From Lentimicrobiaceae bacterium (lineage in GTDB: Bacteria > Bacteroidota > Bacteroidia > Bacteroidales > WCHB1-69): a DNA stretch of 33,022 nucleotides. This document shows positions 1-8,866 of the stretch, in pieces. The stretch spans positions 1 through 33,022 of the forward strand of contig WQSU01000001.1 of NCBI GenBank assembly GCA_009787675.1, in the 5' to 3' direction. Position numbers and translations under genes: made by a program. Position 1 is the stretch's first letter, and the number at the start of each line of letters is the position of its first letter. The notes beneath the pieces are model-generated. The model was not told where the DNA came from. It ran no database searches and was given only the letters and a program-made list of their open reading frames with translations.

Positions 1-2613
1 AATCAGGATGATGAATTAGATCTTTTATACCAAAAAACAGCAGGCGCTACCGGAACAACATTCGATGAAATTTGGAGAGGTATCTATAGTATTACGGTTA
101 CCCTTCCCGGCTATTCTACTTATCGCAATGTTGATATCAACATTACGCAAGACAATACGCCTGCCTATACGGTGAACCTTACCGAAATGCTTTACCCTGT
201 AGAAGAAGTGAATTGGAGCGTTAGCGGAAACGACATGTTAATTACCTGGTCGGAACCCACTCAAGACATTGGTAAAACTTATTTCTATGACGACGGAACT
301 GCAGAAAATGCATGGACTCCGGGGTCTTCTGAAATGCACATTGGTACCAAATTCCCTGTTACCGAAAGTGGGGAAATTACAGCTATAGAATTGTTCCAAA
401 TGGCTGACTACAATGCAGGTCCAAGAAGAGTAAGTATTGAAATATTCAATGATAAATACGAAAAAGTTGGCGCCAGCGAAAAATTCATGTTCAATGAGCC
501 GGAAAACAAATGGATCACGATCCCCATGCCCAACGTTCCCTATTCAGGTACGTTCTATGCCATGATCCGTTGGCACTTCTCAGGAACTTCCTATTATTCC
601 AATCTAATAGGTGTGGATGAAAACGGTCCTAATGCTAACGCAAATTTAGACTATGTTAGACTTGCCGACGGAACTTTTGTAATAATGCACGTGGAATGGG
701 GATGGCACCCCAATATGACCGCCTGTATTCCTATGATTAGAGCGCATGTTAACTCATTAGGAAAATCGATGACTTACGGTTATGATACAGAATTTGGTGT
801 AAATTCTGCTTACAGAACACCAGAACCAAAATCTACAATTTCCACACAAGATTATCCTTTATTCTGTGCAAAAGAAAAAGGTCTCATAGATGAAACCACC
901 CAAACACCTGCATGGGTTGCTCCAAAAAGCGGCAAATCGCATATTGGTTACAACTTGTATAGATTAATTGCAGGACAAACTGAACCCAGTTGGACTACAC
1001 TCGGTACTAATCTTGATGTAAACTCAAAAATTGATGTGGACAACTTAGTGAGCGGCACCGACTACTATTGGGCAGTGAAAGCGGTTTATACCAACAACAC
1101 TGTATCAGCTCCAAGATTCTCCCCGATATGTCCTTTTGGAAGAATTGCTTCTGTTTCGGCTTATGTTAAAACTAACTCGGGAGACCCTGTGAACGGCGCA
1201 CGCTTCATTCTATCACACAGTAACGGCAATCCGGCCTATATCTACCAAAGAACGCTTAATACTAATAATGTATCTATCAATAATGTTTTAAAAGGAAGCT
1301 ATAAACTTACCATCGAATTGGAAGGATATAACACCTATGTAGCAACAGTAGCCATTAACGATGACCTTTCTGATTTGGGCACAATTACATTGATTGAAAT
1401 CATTGAGAAACCATTCAAATTGGAAATCAAAAATGTGAGCTCATGCAAACAAGTGCTTTCATGGAACAATATTACAAATCCATTTATTACCTTAAACGTA
1501 CCTACCGATGTTTGGGGAGACGCTTCAGGATATCAAATGCTATTGGATGAAACGGCAGTGTCATACTTTGGAAGTAACCCATTCGTTTCTTGTTCAAACA
1601 TTGTTCCTGCCGTTTATAACGGATTTAACTACAGAATTCCTGTGGGTGCAACTCCGGCATGTGAAAAAGCAACAGCAAATCCTAATAACTGGGTATTTAT
1701 GAACAGCAAAACGATCCAGGTTCCTCCCGGCACTTACGATTTCATTACCATTAATCCAGAAGTAGGTAACGCTTTATGGGTGCCATATGGCGAGGATGCA
1801 CGTCGCGACAACTTCGTATTTGAAGCTGATAAACACTACACCTTTACTGTTACTCCCATCATAGATGAAGATGGTGACGTTTCTTCAGATTTAGTTACTT
1901 TATCCGTAACAAATGCAAAAAGTTCAGGCGAAGGATCAAGTAAAAGCATTAACTCCAGATCTTTCTTAGGTTTCAGAATCTATATGGATGGTGTTGAAGT
2001 TGCCATAACGAAAAACACCGAGTATGCATTCGAGAATGTACCGGCAGGCGCTCACACCGCAGGCGTGCAAGCTGTTTACTCTTCAGGAGAATCTCAAATT
2101 GTTACTATTAACTTTACCAGCACTTGTACAAATCCTCCTCAACTGACATTCACAATTACTGCTGCTTCCGAAAACACCACTTTGGGTACTGCAACAGGCG
2201 GAGGTGAATATAAAATGTATGAGCCTGTAGTTGTTGAAGCTACTGCAAAAGAAGGTTACGAATTCAAATATTGGTCAGAAAACGGTGAATGGACTTCTTA
2301 CAACAGCCGTTATGAATTTTTGGCAACCGCCAACCGTGCGTTGGTAGCTGTTTTCGGATTACCGAGCAGTGTTATCGAAAACGCTTTATCGAATATCGTA
2401 CTTTATCCTAACCCATTCAATAATGAAATAAATATTAGCAATCCCGAAATTGTTAAGAACGTACAAATAACGAATTTAACAGGTCAAATCGTTAAAACCG
2501 TTAACTTCAACGGCAAAGCAATCTCTACAGGAGACCTTGGCATAGGAATATATTTTGTTACCATTGAAAGTATCACTGGCGAAAAAGTGACAATGAAGAT
2601 GGTTAAAATATAA
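1..2613 (+). CDS. T9SS-sorted multidomain cell-surface protein, 5' end cut by window edge
   Basis: Frame 1 is open from nt 1 (NQDDELDLLYQK...GIYSITVTLPGYSTYRNVDINITQD), so the GTG at 172 is not the true start. That N-terminal module recurs internally (GSYKLTIELEGYNTYVATVAINDD, CarboxypepD_reg-like). Two FN3-like modules (GYNLYRL..., FRIYMDGVEV...). An InlB-B-repeat-like module (GTATGGGEYKMYEPVVVEATAKEGYEFKYWSENG). C-terminal Por_Secre_tail-type sorting domain (LYPNPFNNEINI...GIYFVTIESITGEKVTMKMVKI). Confidence 0.8.
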   Translation, partial: NQDDELDLLYQKTAGATGTTFDEIWRGIYSITVTLPGYSTYRNVDINITQDNTPAYTVNLTEMLYPVEEVNWSVSGNDMLITWSEPTQDIGKTYFYDDGTAENAWTPGSSEMHIGTKFPVTESGEITAIELFQMADYNAGPRRVSIEIFNDKYEKVGASEKFMFNEPENKWITIPMPNVPYSGTFYAMIRWHFSGTSYYSNLIGVDENGPNANANLDYVRLADGTFVIMHVEWGWHPNMTACIPMIRAHVNSLGKSMTYGYDTEFGVNSAYRTPEPKSTISTQDYPLFCAKEKGLIDETTQTPAWVAPKSGKSHIGYNLYRLIAGQTEPSWTTLGTNLDVNSKIDVDNLVSGTDYYWAVKAVYTNNTVSAPRFSPICPFGRIASVSAYVKTNSGDPVNGARFILSHSNGNPAYIYQRTLNTNNVSINNVLKGSYKLTIELEGYNTYVATVAINDDLSDLGTITLIEIIEKPFKLEIKNVSSCKQVLSWNNITNPFITLNVPTDVWGDASGYQMLLDETAVSYFGSNPFVSCSNIVPAVYNGFNYRIPVGATPACEKATANPNNWVFMNSKTIQVPPGTYDFITINPEVGNALWVPYGEDARRDNFVFEADKHYTFTVTPIIDEDGDVSSDLVTLSVTNAKSSGEGSSKSINSRSFLGFRIYMDGVEVAITKNTEYAFENVPAGAHTAGVQAVYSSGESQIVTINFTSTCTNPPQLTFTITAASENTTLGTATGGGEYKMYEPVVVEATAKEGYEFKYWSENGEWTSYNSRYEFLATANRALVAVFGLPSSVIENALSNIVLYPNPFNNEINISNPEIVKNVQITNLTGQIVKTVNFNGKAISTGDLGIGIYFVTIESITGEKVTMKMVKI

Positions 2614-2668
2614 CTTGGTTACTAAATTAGGAAGGCAGAGACGCGATACATCGCGACTCTACCGGACA

Positions 2669-2702
2669 AAAAAGAGGCTGTCTAAAAGGCAGCCTCTTTT
2701 TT
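2669..2702. terminator. Bidirectional intrinsic terminator between convergent genes
   Basis: Perfect 10-bp stem AAAGAGGCTG (2671-2680) / CAGCCTCTTT (2690-2699) with a 9-nt loop. A-run upstream and T-run downstream, so it works on either strand. A second imperfect hairpin (cgcgat-ac-atcgcg core) lies at about 2637-2660. Confidence 0.6.
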
Positions 2703-2709
2703 ATTAGGT

Positions 2710-2741
2710 CAGATAGGGTTATTATCAGATAGGGTTATTAT
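2710..2741. repeat. Perfect tandem duplication of the 16-mer CAGATAGGGTTATTAT
   Basis: 2710-2725 and 2726-2741 are identical. Located between the terminator and the stop of the NlpC/P60 gene. Confidence 0.95.
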
Positions 2742-2755
2742 TTGATTTTACTGCA

Positions 2756-3556
2756 TTATTTGCACAGCAGTCGTCGTACTGTTCGGAGTTTGTGGGTGTA
2801 TTGTTCTAATTGTTTGTTATAGATTCCTGTAGTATCTAATATATCGATTCTTACAAAGCCGCTGGCGTGCAATATCTTATCCTTTCCACAGATGATGCCC
2901 GTGTGGGTAATCCTTCCCTCATCGTTGTCGAAAAAGGCGATGTCGCCTACTTGCCATTCGGTGGCAAAGTCAATTTGCGTTCCGTGGTTTACTTGTTGAG
3001 AAGCATCTCGGGGCAGGGCTATGTTTACGCTTTTGAGGACTAATTGCACTAATGCAGAGCAATCTATGCCGGCGGGGGTTCTGCCGCCCCACAAATAGGG
3101 TGCGTGCAGATAGGTCGAAGCAAACAGCAACAGCGCAGATTGTTGCTCCGATAGGCTATGGTACTTGGTAAAAACCCTTGCCTCAGGTAATTCCACAACA
3201 AAAATGGCATTCCCTAAAATCAACATATTCTCTTTAGGAAAAGGAAAAGAGGAGCCCATAAACACAGGAAATGTAGTATCGGTTTCAACCTCTTTAACAA
3301 TGATGACATAATTGTTTACAAAATATTTAGGCAGCGACATATATTCAGCGGCGTCATCTTCGTGCAACTCATTCCACGCTTTTTTCTCAATATACCCTTC
3401 ATACCCACAATCTAATGTTTTAATTTTCAACCATTCGTCAACAAATTCTTCAATTTGGTAAGCATCCCCAAACAGCAACTGCGAAACCAATTGCGCTTTG
3501 TGCGTTGGCTCCGCGCGCATAGGGATTTGGGAAAGATGAGTGATACCGAAAGTCAT
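2756..3556 (-). CDS. NlpC/P60 (C40) cell-wall peptidase with N-terminal SH3b-like domain
   Basis: 266 aa. Catalytic Cys context GGRTPAGIDCSALVQLV, downstream His (RITHTGII), and an N-terminal SH3-like stretch (GDAYQIEEFVDEWLKIKT). Start lies 9 nt after the stop of the upstream DUF3127 gene. Confidence 0.8.
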   Translation of the reverse strand: MTFGITHLSQIPMRAEPTHKAQLVSQLLFGDAYQIEEFVDEWLKIKTLDCGYEGYIEKKAWNELHEDDAAEYMSLPKYFVNNYVIIVKEVETDTTFPVFMGSSFPFPKENMLILGNAIFVVELPEARVFTKYHSLSEQQSALLLFASTYLHAPYLWGGRTPAGIDCSALVQLVLKSVNIALPRDASQQVNHGTQIDFATEWQVGDIAFFDNDEGRITHTGIICGKDKILHASGFVRIDILDTTGIYNKQLEQYTHKLRTVRRLLCK

Positions 3557-3565
3557 ATTGCAAGT

Positions 3566-3958
3566 TTAAAATGGCAAATCATCTGCCCCACCTTCCTCCG
3601 GTAAAGCATCAAATTCCTGTGGTAATTCGCTAACCGGCGTAGTATATTGCGCAGGTGCAACAGGTGCACTTTGTGCTTGAGGGTTGCCGGCAACAGGCTC
3701 AATTTTCGAGGCTTTTATGTCGGTGTACCATTTGCCGTTAAATTCGCGAGATTCTAAATCGAAACTCATCACTATTTTGTCGTCAATGTTAAGCGCTTCT
3801 AATACGGCAGTTTTGTCGCCCCAAAGGTTAGCACAGATTTTGCGGGGATATTGTTCCAAGGTTTCAATTACAAATTCTTGCTTTTGCCAGCTGTTTCCGG
3901 TTTTGCTAATGCCCGACTGCAAGGGCAGTTTCTGAACGAGTTTTCCAATGATTTCCAT
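3566..3958 (-). CDS. DUF3127-family OB-fold protein with SSB-like linker and acidic DDLPF tail
   Basis: 130 aa. The N-terminal 90 aa (MEIIGKLVQKLPLQSGISKTGNSWQKQEFVIET...) matches my recollection of DUF3127. The C-terminus is a P/Q/A-rich linker ending EEGGADDLPF. Confidence 0.65.
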   Translation of the reverse strand: MEIIGKLVQKLPLQSGISKTGNSWQKQEFVIETLEQYPRKICANLWGDKTAVLEALNIDDKIVMSFDLESREFNGKWYTDIKASKIEPVAGNPQAQSAPVAPAQYTTPVSELPQEFDALPEEGGADDLPF

Positions 3959-4038
3959 ATAAAAAATAATCTATTAATGTGTAATGTATTGTTTTTAAAT
4001 TAGTTTAATAAATTTAATCATGTTTTTTTCAAAACTTG

Positions 4039-4046
4039 CAAAAGTA
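4039..4046 (-). promoter_or_regulatory. Candidate Bacteroidota -7 box for the DUF3127/NlpC operon
   Basis: Plus strand CAAAAGTA is TACTTTTG on the minus strand, matching TAnnTTTG. Lies 81 nt upstream of the start at 3958. Confidence 0.35.
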
Positions 4047-4069
4047 GTTTTTTATTATTAGGAAAAGAA

Positions 4070-4077
4070 TATTTTTG
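4070..4077 (+). promoter_or_regulatory. Candidate Bacteroidota -7 box for kbl
   Basis: TATTTTTG matches TAnnTTTG, 32 nt upstream of the ATG at 4109. Confidence 0.4.
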
Positions 4078-4108
4078 CAACTGTTTTTTTACGAAAATCA
4101 AATATAAC

Positions 4109-5302
4109 ATGTACACTAAATTTCAACAATTTTTACAAAAAGAATTAACCGACATTGAGAATGCCGGATTGTTTAAAAAAGAACGTATTATCGTTTCTCC
4201 GCAAGGAGGAAAAATTGCTTTGCAGAATGGCAAGAAAGTATTAAATTTCTGTGCCAATAACTATTTAGGATTGGCAAACAATCCTAAATTGATTGCTGCG
4301 GCAAAAGAAGCATTAGATTCGCACGGCTATGGCATGGCTTCTGTGCGCTTTATTTGCGGAACTTCAGATTTGCACAAAAAGTTAGAAGAAAAAATCGCAG
4401 AATTTTTCGGAATGGAAGACACCATTCTCTATGCTGCTTGCTTCGATGCCAACGGCGGAGTTTTTGAACCGCTACTAAGTGAAGAAGATGCGATTATTTC
4501 CGATGCTCTGAATCATGCTTCTATCATTGATGGTGTGCGCCTTTGCAAAGCCGTGCGCTACCGCTATGCCAACGCCGATATGGCGGATTTAGAAAAACAG
4601 TTGCAAGCTGCACAGGCACAGCGTTTTCGCTTAATCGTTACCGACGGCGTATTTTCTATGGATGGAAACGTAGCCCCCTTAGATAAGATTATGGAACTTG
4701 CTGAAAAATATGACTGTATGGTAATGATTGATGAATCACACTCTGCCGGCGTGGTGGGAAAAACAGGTCGTGGGGTTACAGAACTCTATAACAAAAGAGG
4801 ACAGGTAGAGATTATTACAGGCACTTTGGGCAAAGCATTTGGTGGCGCAATCGGTGGTTTTACTACAGGTAAAAAAGAGATTATTGATTTGCTGCGTCAA
4901 CGTTCGCGTCCTTATCTGTTCTCCAATTCCATTCCTCCGTTGGTGGCAGCTGCCGGAATTAAAATGGTGGAAATCATGTCGGAAACCAACGAGTTGCAAG
5001 ACAAACTGCACAGCAACACGTTATATTTTACTGAGCGAATGATTCAAGCAGGTTTTGATATTAAGCCCACGCAATCAGCCATTTGTGCCGTAATGTTGTA
5101 CGATGCCAAACTTTCGCAAGATATGGCAGCTAAATTGCAAGAAGAGGGAATCTACGTTACAGGATTTTATTATCCTGTAGTTCCAAAAGGACAAGCCCGT
5201 ATCCGCGTGCAAATATCTGCCGCCCACAATGTTGAAGATTTGGATGCTTGTATTGAGGCGTTTACGAAGGTGGGGAAGGAGTTGGGAGTGATTAATGGTT
5301 AA
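4109..5302 (+). CDS. kbl: Glycine C-acetyltransferase (2-amino-3-ketobutyrate CoA ligase)
   Basis: 397 aa. Alpha-oxoamine synthase signature: NNYLGL, DESHSAG, PLP-lysine context GTLGKAFGG, and N-terminal LxxIENAGLFKKERII typical of Kbl. Confidence 0.9.
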   Translation: MYTKFQQFLQKELTDIENAGLFKKERIIVSPQGGKIALQNGKKVLNFCANNYLGLANNPKLIAAAKEALDSHGYGMASVRFICGTSDLHKKLEEKIAEFFGMEDTILYAACFDANGGVFEPLLSEEDAIISDALNHASIIDGVRLCKAVRYRYANADMADLEKQLQAAQAQRFRLIVTDGVFSMDGNVAPLDKIMELAEKYDCMVMIDESHSAGVVGKTGRGVTELYNKRGQVEIITGTLGKAFGGAIGGFTTGKKEIIDLLRQRSRPYLFSNSIPPLVAAAGIKMVEIMSETNELQDKLHSNTLYFTERMIQAGFDIKPTQSAICAVMLYDAKLSQDMAAKLQEEGIYVTGFYYPVVPKGQARIRVQISAAHNVEDLDACIEAFTKVGKELGVING

Positions 5303-5331
5303 TGATTAATGGTTAATGGTTAATGATTTAT
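5290..5331. repeat. Tandem heptamer array GRTTAAT x6
   Basis: gattaat ggttaat gattaat ggttaat ggttaat gatttat. The kbl stop codon (5300-5302) is the TAA of the second unit. Confidence 0.95.
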
Positions 5332-5415
5332 GCGAAAGTTGAGTTTGAGAAAGCGATAAATTGACTAAAAACCAATTCAAATTATATCTATAAACATATT
5401 AAATTACTTATCATT

Positions 5416-5622
5416 ATGAAAAAAATCTTTTTTATTTTAATCGCTATTGTATTAGTTTCTGTAGTAGCAGTTTCTTGTAAGAAACAATGCGTTTGTTATG
5501 AACTTAATGGTAATATACGAGCTGGATACGGTAGTTTAATTGCAACAGAAGAAGAATGTATTAGAGAGACTACCCCATTAATTGATAGTATCTATCTCCG
5601 ATGTGAATGGGAGAGGTGGTAA
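5416..5622 (+). CDS. Small Cys-rich putative lipoprotein
   Basis: 68 aa. Signal peptide with lipobox-like VAVSC (Cys20), then four further Cys (C24, C26, C48, C62). No family recognised. Confidence 0.45.
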   Translation: MKKIFFILIAIVLVSVVAVSCKKQCVCYELNGNIRAGYGSLIATEEECIRETTPLIDSIYLRCEWERW

Positions 5623-5670
5623 AAAAAGGGTTGAAAAAGTAATCGCGGTCGTTAGAAGAGTGGGGAAACA

Positions 5671-7023
5671 ATGAACACAAAAATTGAATATATTGAAACA
5701 AAAATAAACAATGATGTAGTTTTTTCCACTTCATCACAGCATTACCTGCTTCAATCCATGACCAATACGGACACAAACGATATTGAAGCTACGGTTGCTC
5801 AAATTATGGAATTGGTTGATGCAGGCGCAGATTTGGTGCGCATTGCTGTGTCCGGGCTGAAAGAGGTGGAGGCTTTGCTCCAAATAAAACGCACGTTGCA
5901 GGAGAAGGGCAAGGATATTCCCTTGGTTGCCGATGTGCATTTTTTACCCGAAGTTGCAGAAAAAACCGCCCATTTTGTAGAAAAAATCAGAATAAACCCC
6001 GGAAATTTTACAGATAAGAGAGATTATTCGGCATGTTTTAATGAGGACGAATATAATCAAGATTTTGAAGCAATGTCATTGCGAGCCAAACCCCTAATTG
6101 AAATCTGCAAACAAAACAACACGATAATTCGGGTGGGCGTAAATCAAGGGTCGTTGTGCGGTAGAATTATTGCACGATACGGAAATACAGTCGAAGCGCT
6201 TGTGGCTTCTGCGTTGGAATGGATTGAAATTGCAGAAAAGTATGATTTTCAAAGGATTGTGTTTTCTATTAAATCCAGCCATGTGAAAACTATGATGGAA
6301 GCCAATTGTTTGTTGTACAATAAGATGACTGAGATGGGCAGGGTGTATCCTTTTCATTTAGGGGTAACCGAAGCCGCCAATGAGATGGAAGGGCGCGTGA
6401 AATCCGCTGTGGGAATCGGGGCGCTGTTGCTCAAAGGAATTGGAAACACGTTTCGGGTGTCGTTAACCGAAAATCCTGTGAATGAAATTGCATTTTCTAA
6501 ATTATTAGTGGCTGCTGTTCAGGATATTCAACATAATTGTTATGAGCAATTTTCTGATGGCATTTTGAAAATTTGTTATCCTGAAAAAAACAAAGAACAA
6601 TGGTGGGCTGGGGTAGGGGCGCTCACTGGAAAATGGTGGTTAACCCATGTCATTAAGGATATTGTTATTGAAAATCAATATTTTAATATCGAAGAAATAG
6701 AACAGTTGCAAAACTGCATTTTACAAATTTGCAACATCAAAAAAACGCATACTGAAATTGTAGCCTGTCCTTCCTGTGGTCGCACGCAATATGATATTCA
6801 ATCGGTACTTAGCGCTGTAAAACAGCGATTTGCAAATTATCCTCATTTAAAAATTGCAGTGATGGGTTGCGTGGTAAACGGACCCGGCGAAATGGCGGAT
6901 GCAGACTTTGGAATTATTGGCAGCGCCAACGATAAAGTGGCGGTTTACAAAGGAAAAGAGCGCATCTCCAATTTTGTTTCCGTGCAGGAAGCATTACAGA
7001 TTTTACAAGAGAATATTAGATGA
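5671..7023 (+). CDS. ispG: 4-hydroxy-3-methylbut-2-en-1-yl diphosphate synthase (IspG/GcpE)
   Basis: 450 aa. Motifs LQSMTNTDTND, PLVADVHF, RINPGNF, VGVNQGSL, the Fe-S ligand region ACPSCGRT ... MGCVVNGPGEMADADFG. There are about 65 extra residues between the RVSLT and CPSCGR motifs. Confidence 0.9.
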   Translation: MNTKIEYIETKINNDVVFSTSSQHYLLQSMTNTDTNDIEATVAQIMELVDAGADLVRIAVSGLKEVEALLQIKRTLQEKGKDIPLVADVHFLPEVAEKTAHFVEKIRINPGNFTDKRDYSACFNEDEYNQDFEAMSLRAKPLIEICKQNNTIIRVGVNQGSLCGRIIARYGNTVEALVASALEWIEIAEKYDFQRIVFSIKSSHVKTMMEANCLLYNKMTEMGRVYPFHLGVTEAANEMEGRVKSAVGIGALLLKGIGNTFRVSLTENPVNEIAFSKLLVAAVQDIQHNCYEQFSDGILKICYPEKNKEQWWAGVGALTGKWWLTHVIKDIVIENQYFNIEEIEQLQNCILQICNIKKTHTEIVACPSCGRTQYDIQSVLSAVKQRFANYPHLKIAVMGCVVNGPGEMADADFGIIGSANDKVAVYKGKERISNFVSVQEALQILQENIR

Positions 7024-8835
7024 GGTGTTTTGAATTCGCATTTCGCAAAGATTGCAATCAAATTCCAAACGTAGTTTTTCATTGCGATAGATTAAAAAAA
7101 GCGGTTCTTTTACATCACTGCGACCACAAAGTCCAAGGGAGAATTTCAAACAATGTTTCGTAAACATCAATGGCACATTGGTAATCTTTTCTTTTTCAAA
7201 GGATGCCGCAATTTCATTAACACCATGCTGCGTGTAAAAATCTTTAGCTTTTTCATTATGCACATTACCCAAATAGGTAAGCTCGCGAGTAGGGTAGGGG
7301 TGCGTGGTTGGTTCTATTTTTTTTCGCAGGAAAACATAATTATCCGCTCTTTTTGCAGATAATGCTTCCACGATTTTTCTACGCCAATCGGAAAGTAATG
7401 AGTTGGGAATGAAGAAGCAAGCATCTCCCCAGAGCAAACGGAACGAACGCTTATGGAAATCTGTATTACCCAATTTTGAAAGTTGATTTTTGATGTTTTC
7501 TGCTGCTTTTTCTGCATCTTGCGCCTCTTCTTTTTTTGTTTCGAAAGAAAGCGAAATAGTGTTATTGTCTTCATCACAGGCATTCAGCATAAAACCGTTG
7601 GGCAGTTCGGAAAGCGATAAATCAACTGCAATTTTCCGTTTTGCCGTTTCTTTTTCTAAGGTTTTAATAAAATCAAAATCTAAATTTCGGAACATTTCCG
7701 TACCTGTTTCAAGACCTTCTATTTCGTGGAGCGCCGTCGGAAACAGCCGCTCGCCTTCCACTTTGTTGATGCGGAAGCCGTTAAAATTGCCTTTTGTATC
7801 CAAAAAACAAACACCATCACCGTTATGAAACATTGTATTGCCCTCGATAACAATGTAATTGTTCCCAATTTTGCTTACTTTTCCGGCAAATTCGCCTTTC
7901 GATTTTGCGGTGTCAAAAGAGGTAATGTCGATATTTCGTCCGTGCAAGAAATAATCGGTTGAGCCGCGATGAAAGGTTTTTTGCAGGTTAGGCTGAAAGG
8001 AATAGAAAACAGTTCCCGATGAAGATTTTTGGTATTTATTCGATTTTTCAAATATATCGTCTAATTTTTTGCGGTAAAATGCCGTAACATTTTTCACATA
8101 AGCCGCATCTTTCAATCTTCCTTCAATTTTGAATGAAGAAACGCCTGCATGTAATAATTCTTCCAAATAATCCGACAAATTCAAGTCTTTGAGCGAGAGT
8201 AGATATTGGTTTTTTGCAAGTGTATTTCCTTCAACATCAACCAAATCGTATGGCAATCGGCAACATTGTGCACATTCGCCGCGGTTAGCACTGCGCCCGC
8301 CGAACGCCTCGCTCATATAGCACTGCCCGCTGTAGCACACACACAAAGCGCCGTGCACAAACACTTCCAATGGCGTGTTCACCTGCGATGCGATTTGTTT
8401 TATGGCATTCACACTCAATTCTCGCGCCAAAACAATTTGTGAAAAGCCTGCTTTTTCGAGAAATAGCACTTTTTCCAAACTCCTATTGTCAGTTTGCGTG
8501 CTGGCGTGCAGCGCAATCGGCGGCAAATCAAGTTGAAGAATGCCCATATCTTGCACAATAATGGCATCGGCACCTGCGTGATACAAATCCCAAATAAGCC
8601 GTTGCGCTTCGCCTAACTCTTTGTCTGTTAATATGGTATTTAGCGTAATATATACGCGAGCATTAAAGCGATGCGTGTATGATGCAAGCAGTTCAATATC
8701 TTGCAATGAATTGCCTGCTGCTGCCCGCGCCCCAAACTTCGGAGCACCGATATAGACCGCATCAGCACCGTGTTTCACGGCTTCAATACCGCATTCCAAG
8801 TTTTTTGCCGGTGCAAGGAGTTCGATTTTTTTCAT
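7003..8835 (-). CDS. U32-family Fe-S enzyme (formerly called collagenase-like peptidase) with long C-terminal extension
   Basis: 610 aa. N-terminus MKKIELLAPAKNLECGIEAVKHGADAVYIG. Cys cluster CVCYSGQCYMSE...ECAQCCRLPY. The length and C-terminal extension resemble the YdcP/RlhA-type more than the YegQ type; this is inference only. Confidence 0.8.
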   Translation of the reverse strand: MKKIELLAPAKNLECGIEAVKHGADAVYIGAPKFGARAAAGNSLQDIELLASYTHRFNARVYITLNTILTDKELGEAQRLIWDLYHAGADAIIVQDMGILQLDLPPIALHASTQTDNRSLEKVLFLEKAGFSQIVLARELSVNAIKQIASQVNTPLEVFVHGALCVCYSGQCYMSEAFGGRSANRGECAQCCRLPYDLVDVEGNTLAKNQYLLSLKDLNLSDYLEELLHAGVSSFKIEGRLKDAAYVKNVTAFYRKKLDDIFEKSNKYQKSSSGTVFYSFQPNLQKTFHRGSTDYFLHGRNIDITSFDTAKSKGEFAGKVSKIGNNYIVIEGNTMFHNGDGVCFLDTKGNFNGFRINKVEGERLFPTALHEIEGLETGTEMFRNLDFDFIKTLEKETAKRKIAVDLSLSELPNGFMLNACDEDNNTISLSFETKKEEAQDAEKAAENIKNQLSKLGNTDFHKRSFRLLWGDACFFIPNSLLSDWRRKIVEALSAKRADNYVFLRKKIEPTTHPYPTRELTYLGNVHNEKAKDFYTQHGVNEIAASFEKEKITNVPLMFTKHCLKFSLGLCGRSDVKEPLFLIYRNEKLRLEFDCNLCEMRIQNTSSNILL

Positions 8836-8866
8836 TTGATATCTGAATTTTATTGTAATGAAGAGA

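Noticed and set aside
172-2613. GTG at 172 as the start of the first gene
   Set aside because: The same frame is open back to nt 1 and encodes a domain homologous to an internal module. The gene simply runs off the window edge.
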